Both the position numbers and the translations under genes were made by a program. DNA of 64,000 nucleotides. Origin: an uncultured cyanobacterium. Lineage in GTDB: Bacteria > Cyanobacteriota > Cyanobacteriia > Cyanobacteriales > Nostocaceae. The stretch spans positions 1,792,001-1,856,000 of the forward strand of contig CAVUDP010000002.1 in NCBI GenBank assembly GCA_963740315.1, given 5' to 3'. The notes beneath the pieces were generated by a model. That model was given only the letters and a program-made list of their open reading frames with translations, was not told where the DNA came from and ran no database searches. Positions 1 through 9,179 of the stretch are shown piece by piece. Every line of letters starts with the position of its first letter. Within the stretch, counting starts at the first letter, position 1.

Positions 1-919
1 GATTAGCTTGCAATATTTCTATATCGCCAATATTGCCGTATTTTTTATTTGCCGAACGCATTTGTGATAGCTTTCGTAACGCTCCTTGTGGAAATAGATT
101 CAATTCTTGCATTGCTTGCATCAAACTATGCATTGCTATCTCCATAATTCGCGCTGCATAATCCGAATAATTGATATGCCTTGATATAAGTTCAGATATC
201 AATTCTTGGTTTACATTTTCAGTTTGAGTTAAAAAGTTTGTAAGATTATTTAAAGTTTGTGAAACTAAATCTTTAAAAGTTTTTGCCTGATTAAGTAGTT
301 GCGATAATAAATAATGTAAAGCTGTTTCTGGATTTATATCATTAATTTCAATTGCTTCTACAATATTTATCCATTCTAAACGAGCGCCTCTAATATTGGC
401 TTTATAAACTGATGAATAAGGATAATTTTCAGCAAGAGAGCGTGTCATCATAATTCCATCTGCGTTTAATCTGAGTAAATCGTATTTACGCAGTACGGGA
501 GTTATAAATTGCTTATCTAAAGGACGCATTGGTATACCATCTTGCCATGAAAAATTGCTTTTACTTCTACTACCTTTATGCAGTCTAATACTTTGTGCTG
601 GCTCAATGGCTTTTATACATAATTGAATAATTGTTAATCCAATTAATGCTCTACCAACTTCACTAGTAAGAGAATCTACCAGCTTTTTTAATTTATCTAT
701 ATAATTTTGATTAATTTGTAAAAAATCAATTTGAGCCACATTATCGCGGCAATAAATAATTTGCTTTTCTAAATAATTATTAGAAAGTTCGCTAGTAATT
801 GTTTGATATCTTTGCTTTGCAGCTTCATTCATAGCACCTTCGATAAAAATCTGTGTAGTGCCATCAGGTAAAACAAGCTCGCTTCTATCGTTAAATACTC
901 GTAAATGCAATTCACTCAT
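1..919 (-). CDS. Putative type II restriction endonuclease (partial, runs off the left edge; not in the ORF track)
   Basis: Manual translation from ATG at 919 (MSELHLRVFNDRSELVLPDG...LSQMRSANKKYGNIGDIEILQAN) is open to position 1. The start overlaps the MTase stop (ATGAGTGA). The GDIE motif is compatible with a PD-(D/E)xK nuclease; the function is inferred from context. Confidence 0.6.
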   Translation of the reverse strand, partial: MSELHLRVFNDRSELVLPDGTTQIFIEGAMNEAAKQRYQTITSELSNNYLEKQIIYCRDNVAQIDFLQINQNYIDKLKKLVDSLTSEVGRALIGLTIIQLCIKAIEPAQSIRLHKGSRSKSNFSWQDGIPMRPLDKQFITPVLRKYDLLRLNADGIMMTRSLAENYPYSSVYKANIRGARLEWINIVEAIEINDINPETALHYLLSQLLNQAKTFKDLVSQTLNNLTNFLTQTENVNQELISELISRHINYSDYAARIMEIAMHSLMQAMQELNLFPQGALRKLSQMRSANKKYGNIGDIEILQAN

Positions 920-2900
920 TGATATTGCCTAAACTTTTTCGTAATTGTATACTTCTAGGTGTTAATGTCGGAAAAGCATAGGGAATCAAATACTTACCTA
1001 GAGGTATTTGAGAATTCGTATTATGGTTTCTCACTTCATAACCAATACTGCGTAATGACTGAAGATAAGAAAACACATTTTCTGGCTCTACTGTCCATAA
1101 AGATGCTAATTCATAAATTGATAATTGCTTTGCAACTCCTATACCCCTAACTAAAGATTGAAGTACACGCCAGAAAAGATTTACTTTTAATTCAGGATTA
1201 AAATTCATTATTCCCGTAATTTTAGAACTGTATTGATAATAGCCAGAAAGCTGAATCAAATCTGCCATACCTGTAATTTCTAAAAGTTTTTCTTCAAAAG
1301 CTTTCCAAAGCGCTGTAAATAAATTTACGTCTAACTGTTTAGCACATAGCCTTACTTTATCAGTCCCTAATACCCAATTTTCGTTACCCCAACAAGGTAA
1401 TATCTCGATCGCGAATTTATTTTTGTCTTGTGTATCACCATCAGCTATAATCTCCCAGCAATTATCATTCAATTCATATTTAATATTGATTTTAATGCTT
1501 TTAGAAAGTTGACGTTTATTCCAAGCAAAATTATCTGATAAATATCGTACAACTTGTTCTTCATTCGTGCTTTTTTTAATTAATATCGATGTTCTTGATT
1601 TGCTATTATTTAAAAATATAATTCCTTCTTTCGCCTTTTGAGCATATATTTTTGTTAACTGCCGCTTTCTTGTTCTAAATCCTAACTGTTTATTTTCTGG
1701 TAAGTAGTGCATGGGGAATGGTAGCGCTACACCCATAACACTATCTAGAATACTCAAAGCCAAAATTCGACCTAACTGAGGTGGAACAGAATTTCCGATT
1801 TGTTCTATACAAACTTGACGATTTCCGACGATTTCATAAGCATCAGGGATAGTTTGTAAACGTTTCAATTCGGCAATTGTAAATCTACGATTTTCCCAAC
1901 TGAAAGGACCTGTATATTGTCCCCCTTGTGCTTTAATTGTCCTTACTGGCATTTCAGGATCGGCTTTATAAAGAAAGTCAGAAAACTTAGAACGCCAGCT
2001 AAATACAGGATTGGGATGACCCATTTCTTCTGTATAAAAACTATAGTTTAATCCTGGCGGTATATCATTAAGAAGATGTCCGTATTTTCCGGTAAGACCT
2101 TCTTCTATCAATTCTGAAGAATCTACTCCTATAAGTGCATTTTTAGCAGTTATAAATGGTTCTTGACCTGGAGAATCGGGACCATGCGTAGGATAAGGAA
2201 AAAGATAATTACCTTCTTTCAATCCCACAATAAATAAACGTTCTCTATGTTGAGGAACTGCATAATCTGCTGCATCGAGAATCCGAAAAAAAATCTTGTA
2301 ACCAGCATTTTTAAAAGCATCTTGTATTGCTTGCCAATCTTTACCTTTTTGCGCTCCCATAATTCCATATACATTTTCAAATAGAAATCCTTTGGGTTGC
2401 AAAGTTTTCAGCAAGCGGACATATTCTTCAAATAAAGTACCGCGACAATCGTTAGTACCCGAAACACCAGCAGCCCTACGCCCAGCGGCAGAAAAACTTT
2501 GACAAGGTGGTCCACCAATAATAAAGTCTACTTGTAAGTCGGCGCTGGGGAAAAAATCTTTTATATCAATACAAATTGGTTCAGAGTTTTCTAACCATTT
2601 GCCAGACATTGAGTTTTTTTCTAATGTTTTACAGTATTTAGCTTCAAGTTCAATCATGCGAACAATATCGAAGCCAGCATCATGAAATGCAATATCTAAT
2701 CCACCACCACCGGAAAACAAGCTTAATGTTTTAATAGGAGCGTAATTTTGTTTATTGAGCCACTGACGTATACATAAACCAAATTTATCTGGTAATAGAG
2801 ATTTATCCTCAATGTCAAGCGCTTCTAATATTTGTTGAAACCACGTAATTTCTTGTAAATGCTCATCAGAAAAATTTAAAGGTAGCGATAGTTGTTTCAT
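912..2900 (-). CDS. DNA (cytosine-5) methyltransferase with long C-terminal extension
   Basis: Motifs LFSGGGG (I), GGPPCQ (IV), FENV (VI), QHRER (VIII), RLQTIPD (IX) and QIGNSVP (X), then about 260 extra residues. Likely start is ATG at 2900 (MKQLSLPL). Confidence 0.92.
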   Translation of the reverse strand: MKQLSLPLNFSDEHLQEITWFQQILEALDIEDKSLLPDKFGLCIRQWLNKQNYAPIKTLSLFSGGGGLDIAFHDAGFDIVRMIELEAKYCKTLEKNSMSGKWLENSEPICIDIKDFFPSADLQVDFIIGGPPCQSFSAAGRRAAGVSGTNDCRGTLFEEYVRLLKTLQPKGFLFENVYGIMGAQKGKDWQAIQDAFKNAGYKIFFRILDAADYAVPQHRERLFIVGLKEGNYLFPYPTHGPDSPGQEPFITAKNALIGVDSSELIEEGLTGKYGHLLNDIPPGLNYSFYTEEMGHPNPVFSWRSKFSDFLYKADPEMPVRTIKAQGGQYTGPFSWENRRFTIAELKRLQTIPDAYEIVGNRQVCIEQIGNSVPPQLGRILALSILDSVMGVALPFPMHYLPENKQLGFRTRKRQLTKIYAQKAKEGIIFLNNSKSRTSILIKKSTNEEQVVRYLSDNFAWNKRQLSKSIKINIKYELNDNCWEIIADGDTQDKNKFAIEILPCWGNENWVLGTDKVRLCAKQLDVNLFTALWKAFEEKLLEITGMADLIQLSGYYQYSSKITGIMNFNPELKVNLFWRVLQSLVRGIGVAKQLSIYELASLWTVEPENVFSYLQSLRSIGYEVRNHNTNSQIPLGKYLIPYAFPTLTPRSIQLRKSLGNINE

Positions 2901-2937
2901 ATCTGATTCGGATAAATAAACTTTTATTATAAAAATA

Positions 2938-2964
2938 TAGGGCAAGCCCTGAAGCCCACCCTAC
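2938..2964. repeat. Degenerate GTAG-type REP palindrome
   Basis: TAGGGCAAGCCCTGAAGCCCACCCTAC between the MTase and murG. Confidence 0.45.
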
Positions 2965-3006
2965 AAATAAATGATTAAATTTACAATTAAATTTAAAACA
3001 AAATAT

Positions 3007-4080
3007 CTACCTTTCCACAACTTCCCTTACCAATTGCGCTAATTTCTCAGCACTTTCGGGAACCGCTACTGTCTTGGCTTTTTCGCTCATTTCTTGCAAT
3101 TTTTCGGGCGATCGCAATAATTCCAACACCTGAGTTTGCAGTTTCTCGGCGGTTAATTCTTTCTGCTGAAATAATATCCCCGCTCCCGCTGTTGTATATA
3201 CTTGAGCGTTGTAGGTTTGATGGTCTTCTGCTGCGTAAGGATACGGTATTAAAATCGCTGGAACTCCGCATACAGCTAATTCTGTAACGCTACCAGCACC
3301 CGAACGACTAATAGCTAAATTGGCTCGCTGCAACAGCGCTGCCATGTTGTTATAAAATGGCATCGAAATATACTGAGTATGCTTAAGACTATCGGCTTCT
3401 GGGTCATTATCGCCTGTTAAATGCACTACATAAGCACCAGCCTCAAACCACGTCGGGGCACTTTCACGCACTAATTTATTTACCGAAACTGCCCCTTGAG
3501 AGCCGCCGAAAACTACTATTACGGGTACATCTTCAGGAATTGGTAAATCTAATGATGCTTTAATTCCCGGTTCTAAAAATGCTTTTCGTACAGGAGTACT
3601 AGTATATATAGTTTTGTTCTTAGGTAAATATTTTGCCGCAGCTTCAAATCCAACGGCTACAGCATTACACCAAGGACCAAAAAAGCGAGTTACTTTTCCT
3701 GGTATTGCGTTAGATTCGTGAAGAATTACGGGTAAACCTAGAGAACGAGCCGCAATTACCGCAGGGCCGGAAATATAGCCTCCGGTGGTGAAAACTCCCT
3801 CAAATTTACCTTGTTTTAAGATTTTTCTAACCTGTAGAATTGAACCACACAGTTTACCCAAGGTGAGTAATGAAGAAAAGCCCAAACCTTTTTGGAACCC
3901 TTCAACTCCAATGGTATTCAATTTATACTGATTGGGAACCAGCTGCGTTTCTAACCTGTTAGGGACACCCAGCCATTCAATTTGATAATCTGGCAATTGT
4001 TCCGCAAGTGCGATCGCCGGAAATAGATGTCCGCCAGTTCCGCTGGCTGCTATAAGTAATCGTATAGGAGCGTCTTGCAT
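3007..4080 (-). CDS. murG: Lipid II N-acetylglucosaminyl transferase MurG
   Basis: SGTGGHLFP, GGY, HESN, GGSQGA, SRSGA and HQTYNA motifs. Confidence 0.97.
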   Translation of the reverse strand: MQDAPIRLLIAASGTGGHLFPAIALAEQLPDYQIEWLGVPNRLETQLVPNQYKLNTIGVEGFQKGLGFSSLLTLGKLCGSILQVRKILKQGKFEGVFTTGGYISGPAVIAARSLGLPVILHESNAIPGKVTRFFGPWCNAVAVGFEAAAKYLPKNKTIYTSTPVRKAFLEPGIKASLDLPIPEDVPVIVVFGGSQGAVSVNKLVRESAPTWFEAGAYVVHLTGDNDPEADSLKHTQYISMPFYNNMAALLQRANLAISRSGAGSVTELAVCGVPAILIPYPYAAEDHQTYNAQVYTTAGAGILFQQKELTAEKLQTQVLELLRSPEKLQEMSEKAKTVAVPESAEKLAQLVREVVER

Positions 4081-4135
4081 TAACCCTTTACCTGTCAGCG
4101 CCTAGCTTGAATAAGATAAAACAATTTCCTGGTTT

Positions 4136-5101
4136 TTGGTAGACTCATCCGGAATTTCACCCTTAAAGGGAAGTTTTAGAATGAGTTATACATCAAAACA
4201 GCGAATAAGTACTGTAGTTAAATTACCTACAACATTATCACCAATGCCTAACTTTAATACCTTAATACCCGGACGAAAATCAAGAGTGAATAGTAGCCGT
4301 TGGGCAATTTTATTTATACTGACGCTTGGTTTATCTACTGGTTGGAAACCCGCCCAAGCGAATGCACCACAGAATACATCTTCCCAAGACAAAATACTCT
4401 TAACACAAAATACATCACAAAATGCACCCCCCCAACTTAAAAGTGTCCTAACGCAAATTGATGCAGCTGCAAACCGCCGTAATATTAATGGTGTAATGAA
4501 CTTTTACAGTTCTAATTTTGTTCATGGAGACGGATTAAACCGTTCGAGCATGGAACAAGCTGTAACTTCTTTGTGGAAGAGTTATCCAAGCTTGAGATAC
4601 AATACCAAACTAGAAGCTTGGGGTACTCAAGGTAATAGCATTATTGCCGATACGGTAACAAATATAGTTGGTTTACCTTCAGCAAATAATAAATTAGGCA
4701 TGAACTCCACCATTAAATCGCGTCAGCGCATCGTTAATGGTAAAATTGTTCGTCAAGATATTTTATCGGAACGCACTGAACTCACTTCTGGTGTCAATCC
4801 TCCCAAAGTAGATATTAATTTACCCGCCCAATTAAAAGCCGGACAGCAATATTATTTTGATGCAATTGTCAACGAGCCTCTTGGCGATGATTTTCTCTTA
4901 GGTGCGGCGCTAGACGAAGCCGTTAAACCAGGAAAATATCTCAACCCAACACCTGTAGATTTGGAATTACTCTCCGCCGGTGGAATATTCAAAGTTGGAC
5001 GCGCACCGACTACACCTGGTAATCAATGGATTTCAGCGGTATTAGTCCGAGGAAACGGCATGACTATGATTACTCAGCGCGTACCAGTTGTAGGAAGATA
5101 A
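4136..5101 (+). CDS. Secreted NTF2/SnoaL-like domain protein (cyanobacterial); true start probably downstream
   Basis: Signal-like hydrophobic stretch ending PAQA; IDAAANRR...MNFYS.NF.HGDGL NTF2-like fold start. Confidence 0.7.
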   Translation: MVDSSGISPLKGSFRMSYTSKQRISTVVKLPTTLSPMPNFNTLIPGRKSRVNSSRWAILFILTLGLSTGWKPAQANAPQNTSSQDKILLTQNTSQNAPPQLKSVLTQIDAAANRRNINGVMNFYSSNFVHGDGLNRSSMEQAVTSLWKSYPSLRYNTKLEAWGTQGNSIIADTVTNIVGLPSANNKLGMNSTIKSRQRIVNGKIVRQDILSERTELTSGVNPPKVDINLPAQLKAGQQYYFDAIVNEPLGDDFLLGAALDEAVKPGKYLNPTPVDLELLSAGGIFKVGRAPTTPGNQWISAVLVRGNGMTMITQRVPVVGR

Positions 5102-5106
5102 GAACT

Positions 5107-5323
5107 GTAGAGACGTAGCACCGCTACGTCTCCATGTATGTTCAATGTGTATCAAAAATCAGCTTACAACAGTATTATGAGTTATGAATTTTTTTTGCTG
5201 TTGATTCATCAAATAAAGTTAGCTTGGGAATTATAGCGAAAGTGTTTTTAAAGGATTAAAAATCTTTTCATAATCGCGTTTGAAATTAACATTTAAACAG
5301 ACTCCGCATTGCTACGTCTCTAC
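5107..5323. mobile_element. REPIN/MITE-like element with 14-bp terminal inverted repeats
   Basis: GTAGAGACGTAGCA at 5107 and its exact reverse complement TGCTACGTCTCTAC ending at 5323; related single REPs near 7860 and 35087. Confidence 0.75.
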
Positions 5324-5341
5324 AACTCCTAACTCCTCTTT

Positions 5342-6112
5342 ATGGCTTCAATTCAAAATCAAATTGTATTAATAACTGGTGCGAGTAGCGGAATCGGTGC
5401 ATCTTGCGTCAAATATTTTGCAGATGCTGGTGCAAAGTTAATTTTAGCCGCGCGACGGTTGGAACGTTTGCAGCAACTTGTGGAAAATTTGCAATTACCA
5501 TCCGAACAATTCCATTTGATAAAACTCGATGTCCGCGATCGCAATGCTGTAGAATCTGCTATATCGAAATTACCCGCTCAATGGTCAAATATCGATATTC
5601 TCATCAATAATGCCGGTCTTAGTCGCGGTTTAAACAAGCTGCAAGAAGGTAGTTTCCAAGACTGGGAAGAAATGATTGATACCAATGTTAAAGGTTTGCT
5701 TTACCTGACTCGCTACGTAGTTCCGGGAATGGTCGATCGCGATCGTGGTCATGTAGTTAACATCGGTTCGATCGCCGGACATCAAACTTACCCCGGTGGT
5801 AATGTCTATTGTGCTACCAAAGCCGCAGTTAAAGCAATTTCTGAAGGTTTAAAACAAGATTTGTTAGGAACAGCCATCCGCGTCAGTTCCGTCGATCCGG
5901 GTTTAGTAGAAACTGAATTTAGCCAAGTAAGATTTCATGGAGATGACGAAAAAGCGAATAAAGTATATCAAGGATTAACTCCCCTCACCCCCGATGATAT
6001 TGCCGATGTCGTATTATTTTGCGTAACTCGTCCAGCACACGTTAATCTCAGCGAAATATTGTTAGTACCAGTCGATCAAGCAAGCGCAACGATGGTAAAT
6101 CGAAAGGTTTAG
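5342..6112 (+). CDS. SDR oxidoreductase (YdfG-like, NADP-dependent)
   Basis: TGASSGIG, NNAG, YCATK catalytic motif, PGLVETEF. Confidence 0.92.
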   Translation: MASIQNQIVLITGASSGIGASCVKYFADAGAKLILAARRLERLQQLVENLQLPSEQFHLIKLDVRDRNAVESAISKLPAQWSNIDILINNAGLSRGLNKLQEGSFQDWEEMIDTNVKGLLYLTRYVVPGMVDRDRGHVVNIGSIAGHQTYPGGNVYCATKAAVKAISEGLKQDLLGTAIRVSSVDPGLVETEFSQVRFHGDDEKANKVYQGLTPLTPDDIADVVLFCVTRPAHVNLSEILLVPVDQASATMVNRKV

Positions 6113-6133
6113 TTAATTGTCAATTTGTATTTG

Positions 6134-6344
6134 GTAGGTTGGGTTAGACGCATTTCGGAATCATCAAATCAAACTCAAAGTAATGAAAGCGTCGTAACAC
6201 AACATCAATGTGTCGGTATTTCGCAACATCCTACATTCGATTAAAGATAATATTGTTTATCCACAATTATAATGTTGGGTTACGACACGAAAATATCAAT
6301 TATCGTTACAATTTAATTCGGTAAACGTATCTAACCCAACCTAC
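6134..6344. mobile_element. REPIN/MITE-like element with 15-bp terminal inverted repeats
   Basis: GTAGGTTGGGTTAGA ... TCTAACCCAACCTAC, with an internal inverted pair GTCGTAACACAACAT / ATGTTGGGTTACGAC. Confidence 0.75.
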
Positions 6345-6358
6345 AAATCTACAAAATA

Positions 6359-6577
6359 TTAAGCTACATCAGAAAAACTTGGTTCGGGAAGCGCATCACC
6401 ATTCTCCTGATAAGCAATAATTAATGATTCTAAAGCTTCAGTACCGTTTGCAACCGCATCTTTGTAAGTATCTCCATGAGTCCGCCATTTTTGACCTGGA
6501 AAATCGGGAAATCCAACTAAAAAGCAATTATCTTCATTAGACCATTGAATCACCATTTGATATTTAAGCTTCTTCAT
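6359..6577 (-). CDS. hicB: HicB family antitoxin (short, no DNA-binding domain)
   Basis: IQWSNEDNCFLVGFPDFPG...THGDTYKDAVAN...LPEP HicB signature; ATG at 6577 overlaps the hicA end. Confidence 0.88.
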   Translation of the reverse strand: MKKLKYQMVIQWSNEDNCFLVGFPDFPGQKWRTHGDTYKDAVANGTEALESLIIAYQENGDALPEPSFSDVA

Positions 6578-6782
6578 CTTGTTCCTTATCCTCAACTTCT
6601 TCAATTGCCTGTGTTACTTCTTTTTCTTGATAGCGTTTAGCGTCTGCGCTGTCTTTACCAGCCACTGTGATTTTTCCTGTATATAAAGGATGAATCCAGT
6701 TAGTGTGACTTCCCTTACCTGCAAGTTCTGCGAAACCAGCTTGACGCAGCATTTGCTTAAGTTCTCGAACTTTTTTTGGCAT
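6564..6782 (-). CDS. hicA: HicA family mRNA interferase toxin
   Basis: MPKKVRELKQMLRQAGF...GKGSHTNWIHP (conserved GSH His). Confidence 0.9.
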   Translation of the reverse strand: MPKKVRELKQMLRQAGFAELAGKGSHTNWIHPLYTGKITVAGKDSADAKRYQEKEVTQAIEEVEDKEQDEEA

Positions 6783-6851
6783 CACCCTTAAATAATATTT
6801 CAAATAAATTAGGCATTGCTAATTTATTTGTTATGTAATCTAAAACAAAAC

Positions 6852-6998
6852 CGTAGCAATGGGGGAATCTACACCCAACAGTGAGTTATCGGTATTTTCC
6901 AACATCCTATATATCATTAAAAATAATGTTGGGTTACGACAAGAAAATATAAATTCTCGTTACAATTTAATTCGGTAAACGTATCTAACCCAACCTAC
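6852..6998. repeat. Second, partly degenerate copy of the 6134-6344 element
   Basis: 6923-6998 is a near-identical direct repeat of 6269-6344, ending TCTAACCCAACCTAC. Confidence 0.8.
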
Positions 6999-7032
6999 GA
7001 ATTACTAACAAAAAATTTCCCCAGTATTATTA

Positions 7033-7686
7033 TTAATTTTTCACTATATGCTTTATAGCTCGCCGACGTATTAATAAACTAACCGCAATTAAGCTAAAAC
7101 CAACTAAAGTTGTGGTATTTGAAGATTCCGGAACTTGACGAGGGGTTTGGAAAGAGCCACTTAAAAAAGCCTGACTTTTAAAGGGAGCAGTTGGATCTAG
7201 GTTGAGCGTATCATTCTCCAAAAACGTGAATGTACCAGTCGCACCCGTGAATCTTCCCGAACCACCAGTGATGTTAAAAGCTCCAGTCGCAGTACCAACA
7301 AGGTTTTGAAAATCGAGTGCAGCCGTACCAGTAATATTGCCAAAAAGGCGATCGCTCCCATTTCCAAAGAAAGTAACACCACCTGTTGGTAAGTTTTCCA
7401 AACCAAATTCTGCCGCATCGGGGTTAAATGTAATTGTGCCAGTCGAGGGTTCAATTTGACCGTAGTTTGTATTTACAAACTTTGTTAAACCATATGGCGC
7501 ATCTGTACTTTCGGCTGTAATAGTTACTTTTGATACATTATCTACGATCGGCGTAAGGGTATTTTCTGAGTTATATGTTGCCTCAAACGGGTAAATAGTC
7601 TGTGCCGTTGCTGATGTATTGCTTGAAATAAAACTCAAGATTGTAGCAGCAAGCGTACCAAACTATATAGCCTGCAAGCGAATCAT
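7033..7686 (-). pseudogene. PEP-CTERM sorting-domain protein with an in-frame TAG in its signal peptide
   Basis: C-terminal VPESS + TM helix + RRR. An AAGGA RBS and ATG at 7686 give MIRLQAI*FGTLAATILSF..., with TAG at 7665-7663. Confidence 0.75.
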
Positions 7687-7976
7687 AATTAATATTCCTT
7701 GATGCTTATATAATGTTCCTTAGATTAAAAATAAGTTACCGTAATTTTGTAAAAAAAGAAACCCTTATAAAAAAAAGGGAGTGGGTATAATGCATCTTTT
7801 AAATTAGCATTCATTGTTCCGTTTTGATTATGATAAGACTCGATACTAATCTAAATACAGGGAGACGTAGCAGTGCGGAGCTCTCTACATTGTTAATGGG
7901 TTTTAAACAAATTTATGGCAAAAAAACTCATCATGAGTATGATTTAATCAGTTTTCTAGAGTAAACTTCCTTAGAA

Positions 7977-8163
7977 ATGAACAACCTTGTAATTGGTGCG
8001 ATCGCCAGTGACGGCAGATGGGCTTGCTGCCGGAGCAATGTTGTTTGTAATTAGTGACGAAATCATTCCCGAATCTCATCGTCAAGGCTTAGAGCAAGAA
8101 GGAACTATAGGATTAATGTTTGGATTTGTGGTAATGATGTTTTTAGATATTGCATTAGGTTAA
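7977..8163 (+). pseudogene. ZIP-family (GufA-like) metal transporter remnant
   Basis: GLAAGAMLFVISDEIIPESHRQGLEQEGTIGLMFGFVVMMFLDIALG* is a typical ZIP C-terminus; it is preceded out of frame by MNNLVIGAIAS. Confidence 0.8.
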
Positions 8164-8164
8164 A

Positions 8165-8213
8165 TGGGAATGGGGAGAGGGGGTAGAGGGGGTAGAGGGG
8201 GGAGAGGGGGTAG
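8165..8213 (+). repeat. G-rich short tandem repeats (GGGGTAGA/GGGGAGA type)
   Basis: Direct reading; similar tracts at 8960-9020, 18921-18953 and 36446-36528. Confidence 0.75.
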
Positions 8214-8280
8214 AAAAAATTATTAATTACTATTTATAAATGTAATATTTGTAATCTAATGACCTTTAACCTAATTCATC

Positions 8281-8961
8281 ATGGCATCAACTACTGTAAA
8301 TCAAATAGATTTTACTCCGAAGCTGCTTGAATTGATGCAGAAAAGTGATATTTCTAGTTTTAAAGCTTTGAGTAAATTAGCTGGAGTTTCCGAATATCAG
8401 ATACAGCGTTTGCGAAGAGGAGAAATTCAGCAAATGCGTTTAGAGTTTTTAGGAAAATTATCGCGATCGCTACAAATAGATTTAACTGAATTGATAACTA
8501 ATTTTTCAGAGACAAATTCGGACACGGATTTAGTAAAACGATCGTCAACTCAGCAATCGTCGTCATCAAAAGATATAGCAGACTTAAAAAAAGAATACGA
8601 ACGCTTACAAAAGCAATTAGAAAATCAAGAACAATTATTAGTTTCTCAGTTTCAGCAATCGAGTTTACAAATCCTCGAATCATTGTTAATTCAATTTCCT
8701 ACAGCAGCCCAGAAAGCCAGAGAAAATCGCCAGTTGCCAGCAGCCAATATAATTCCACTGATAGAAAAACCGATCGCAAGACTTTTGCAAGCGTGGGGAA
8801 TTGAAGCCATTGCTGAGGTAGGTGCAGAATTACCTTACGAACCCGAAATCCACCAATTAATCGAAGGCGATACACAACCGAAGGAAAAAGTCAAGATTCG
8901 CTATACAGGCTACCGTCAAGGAGATAAGTTACTGTATCGAGCTAAGGTGAGTCCGGTTTAG
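8281..8961 (+). CDS. XRE/Cro-type HTH protein with coiled coil and GrpE-like C-terminal beta domain
   Basis: N-terminal ALSKLAGVSEYQIQRLRRG HTH; C-terminal YEPEIHQ...VKIRYTGYRQGDKLLYRAKV is GrpE-like. Confidence 0.75.
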   Translation: MASTTVNQIDFTPKLLELMQKSDISSFKALSKLAGVSEYQIQRLRRGEIQQMRLEFLGKLSRSLQIDLTELITNFSETNSDTDLVKRSSTQQSSSSKDIADLKKEYERLQKQLENQEQLLVSQFQQSSLQILESLLIQFPTAAQKARENRQLPAANIIPLIEKPIARLLQAWGIEAIAEVGAELPYEPEIHQLIEGDTQPKEKVKIRYTGYRQGDKLLYRAKVSPV

Positions 8962-9179
8962 GGGAGAGGGGGAAGAGGGGGACAAGGTGATGGGGTGATG
9001 GGGTGATGGGGGGAGAGGAAATAGATAATTCTTAGTATTTAGTGTTGAAAGAGAATCAATTGCGGGAATACTAATTAAGTGGATATAGGCTAAGGGAAGA
9101 TTTATGAATTCATTAATTATTGTGTATTAAATCTAACCGCTGCATCTAACGGAGGCTAGAACTTTTACTGAGAAGGATT

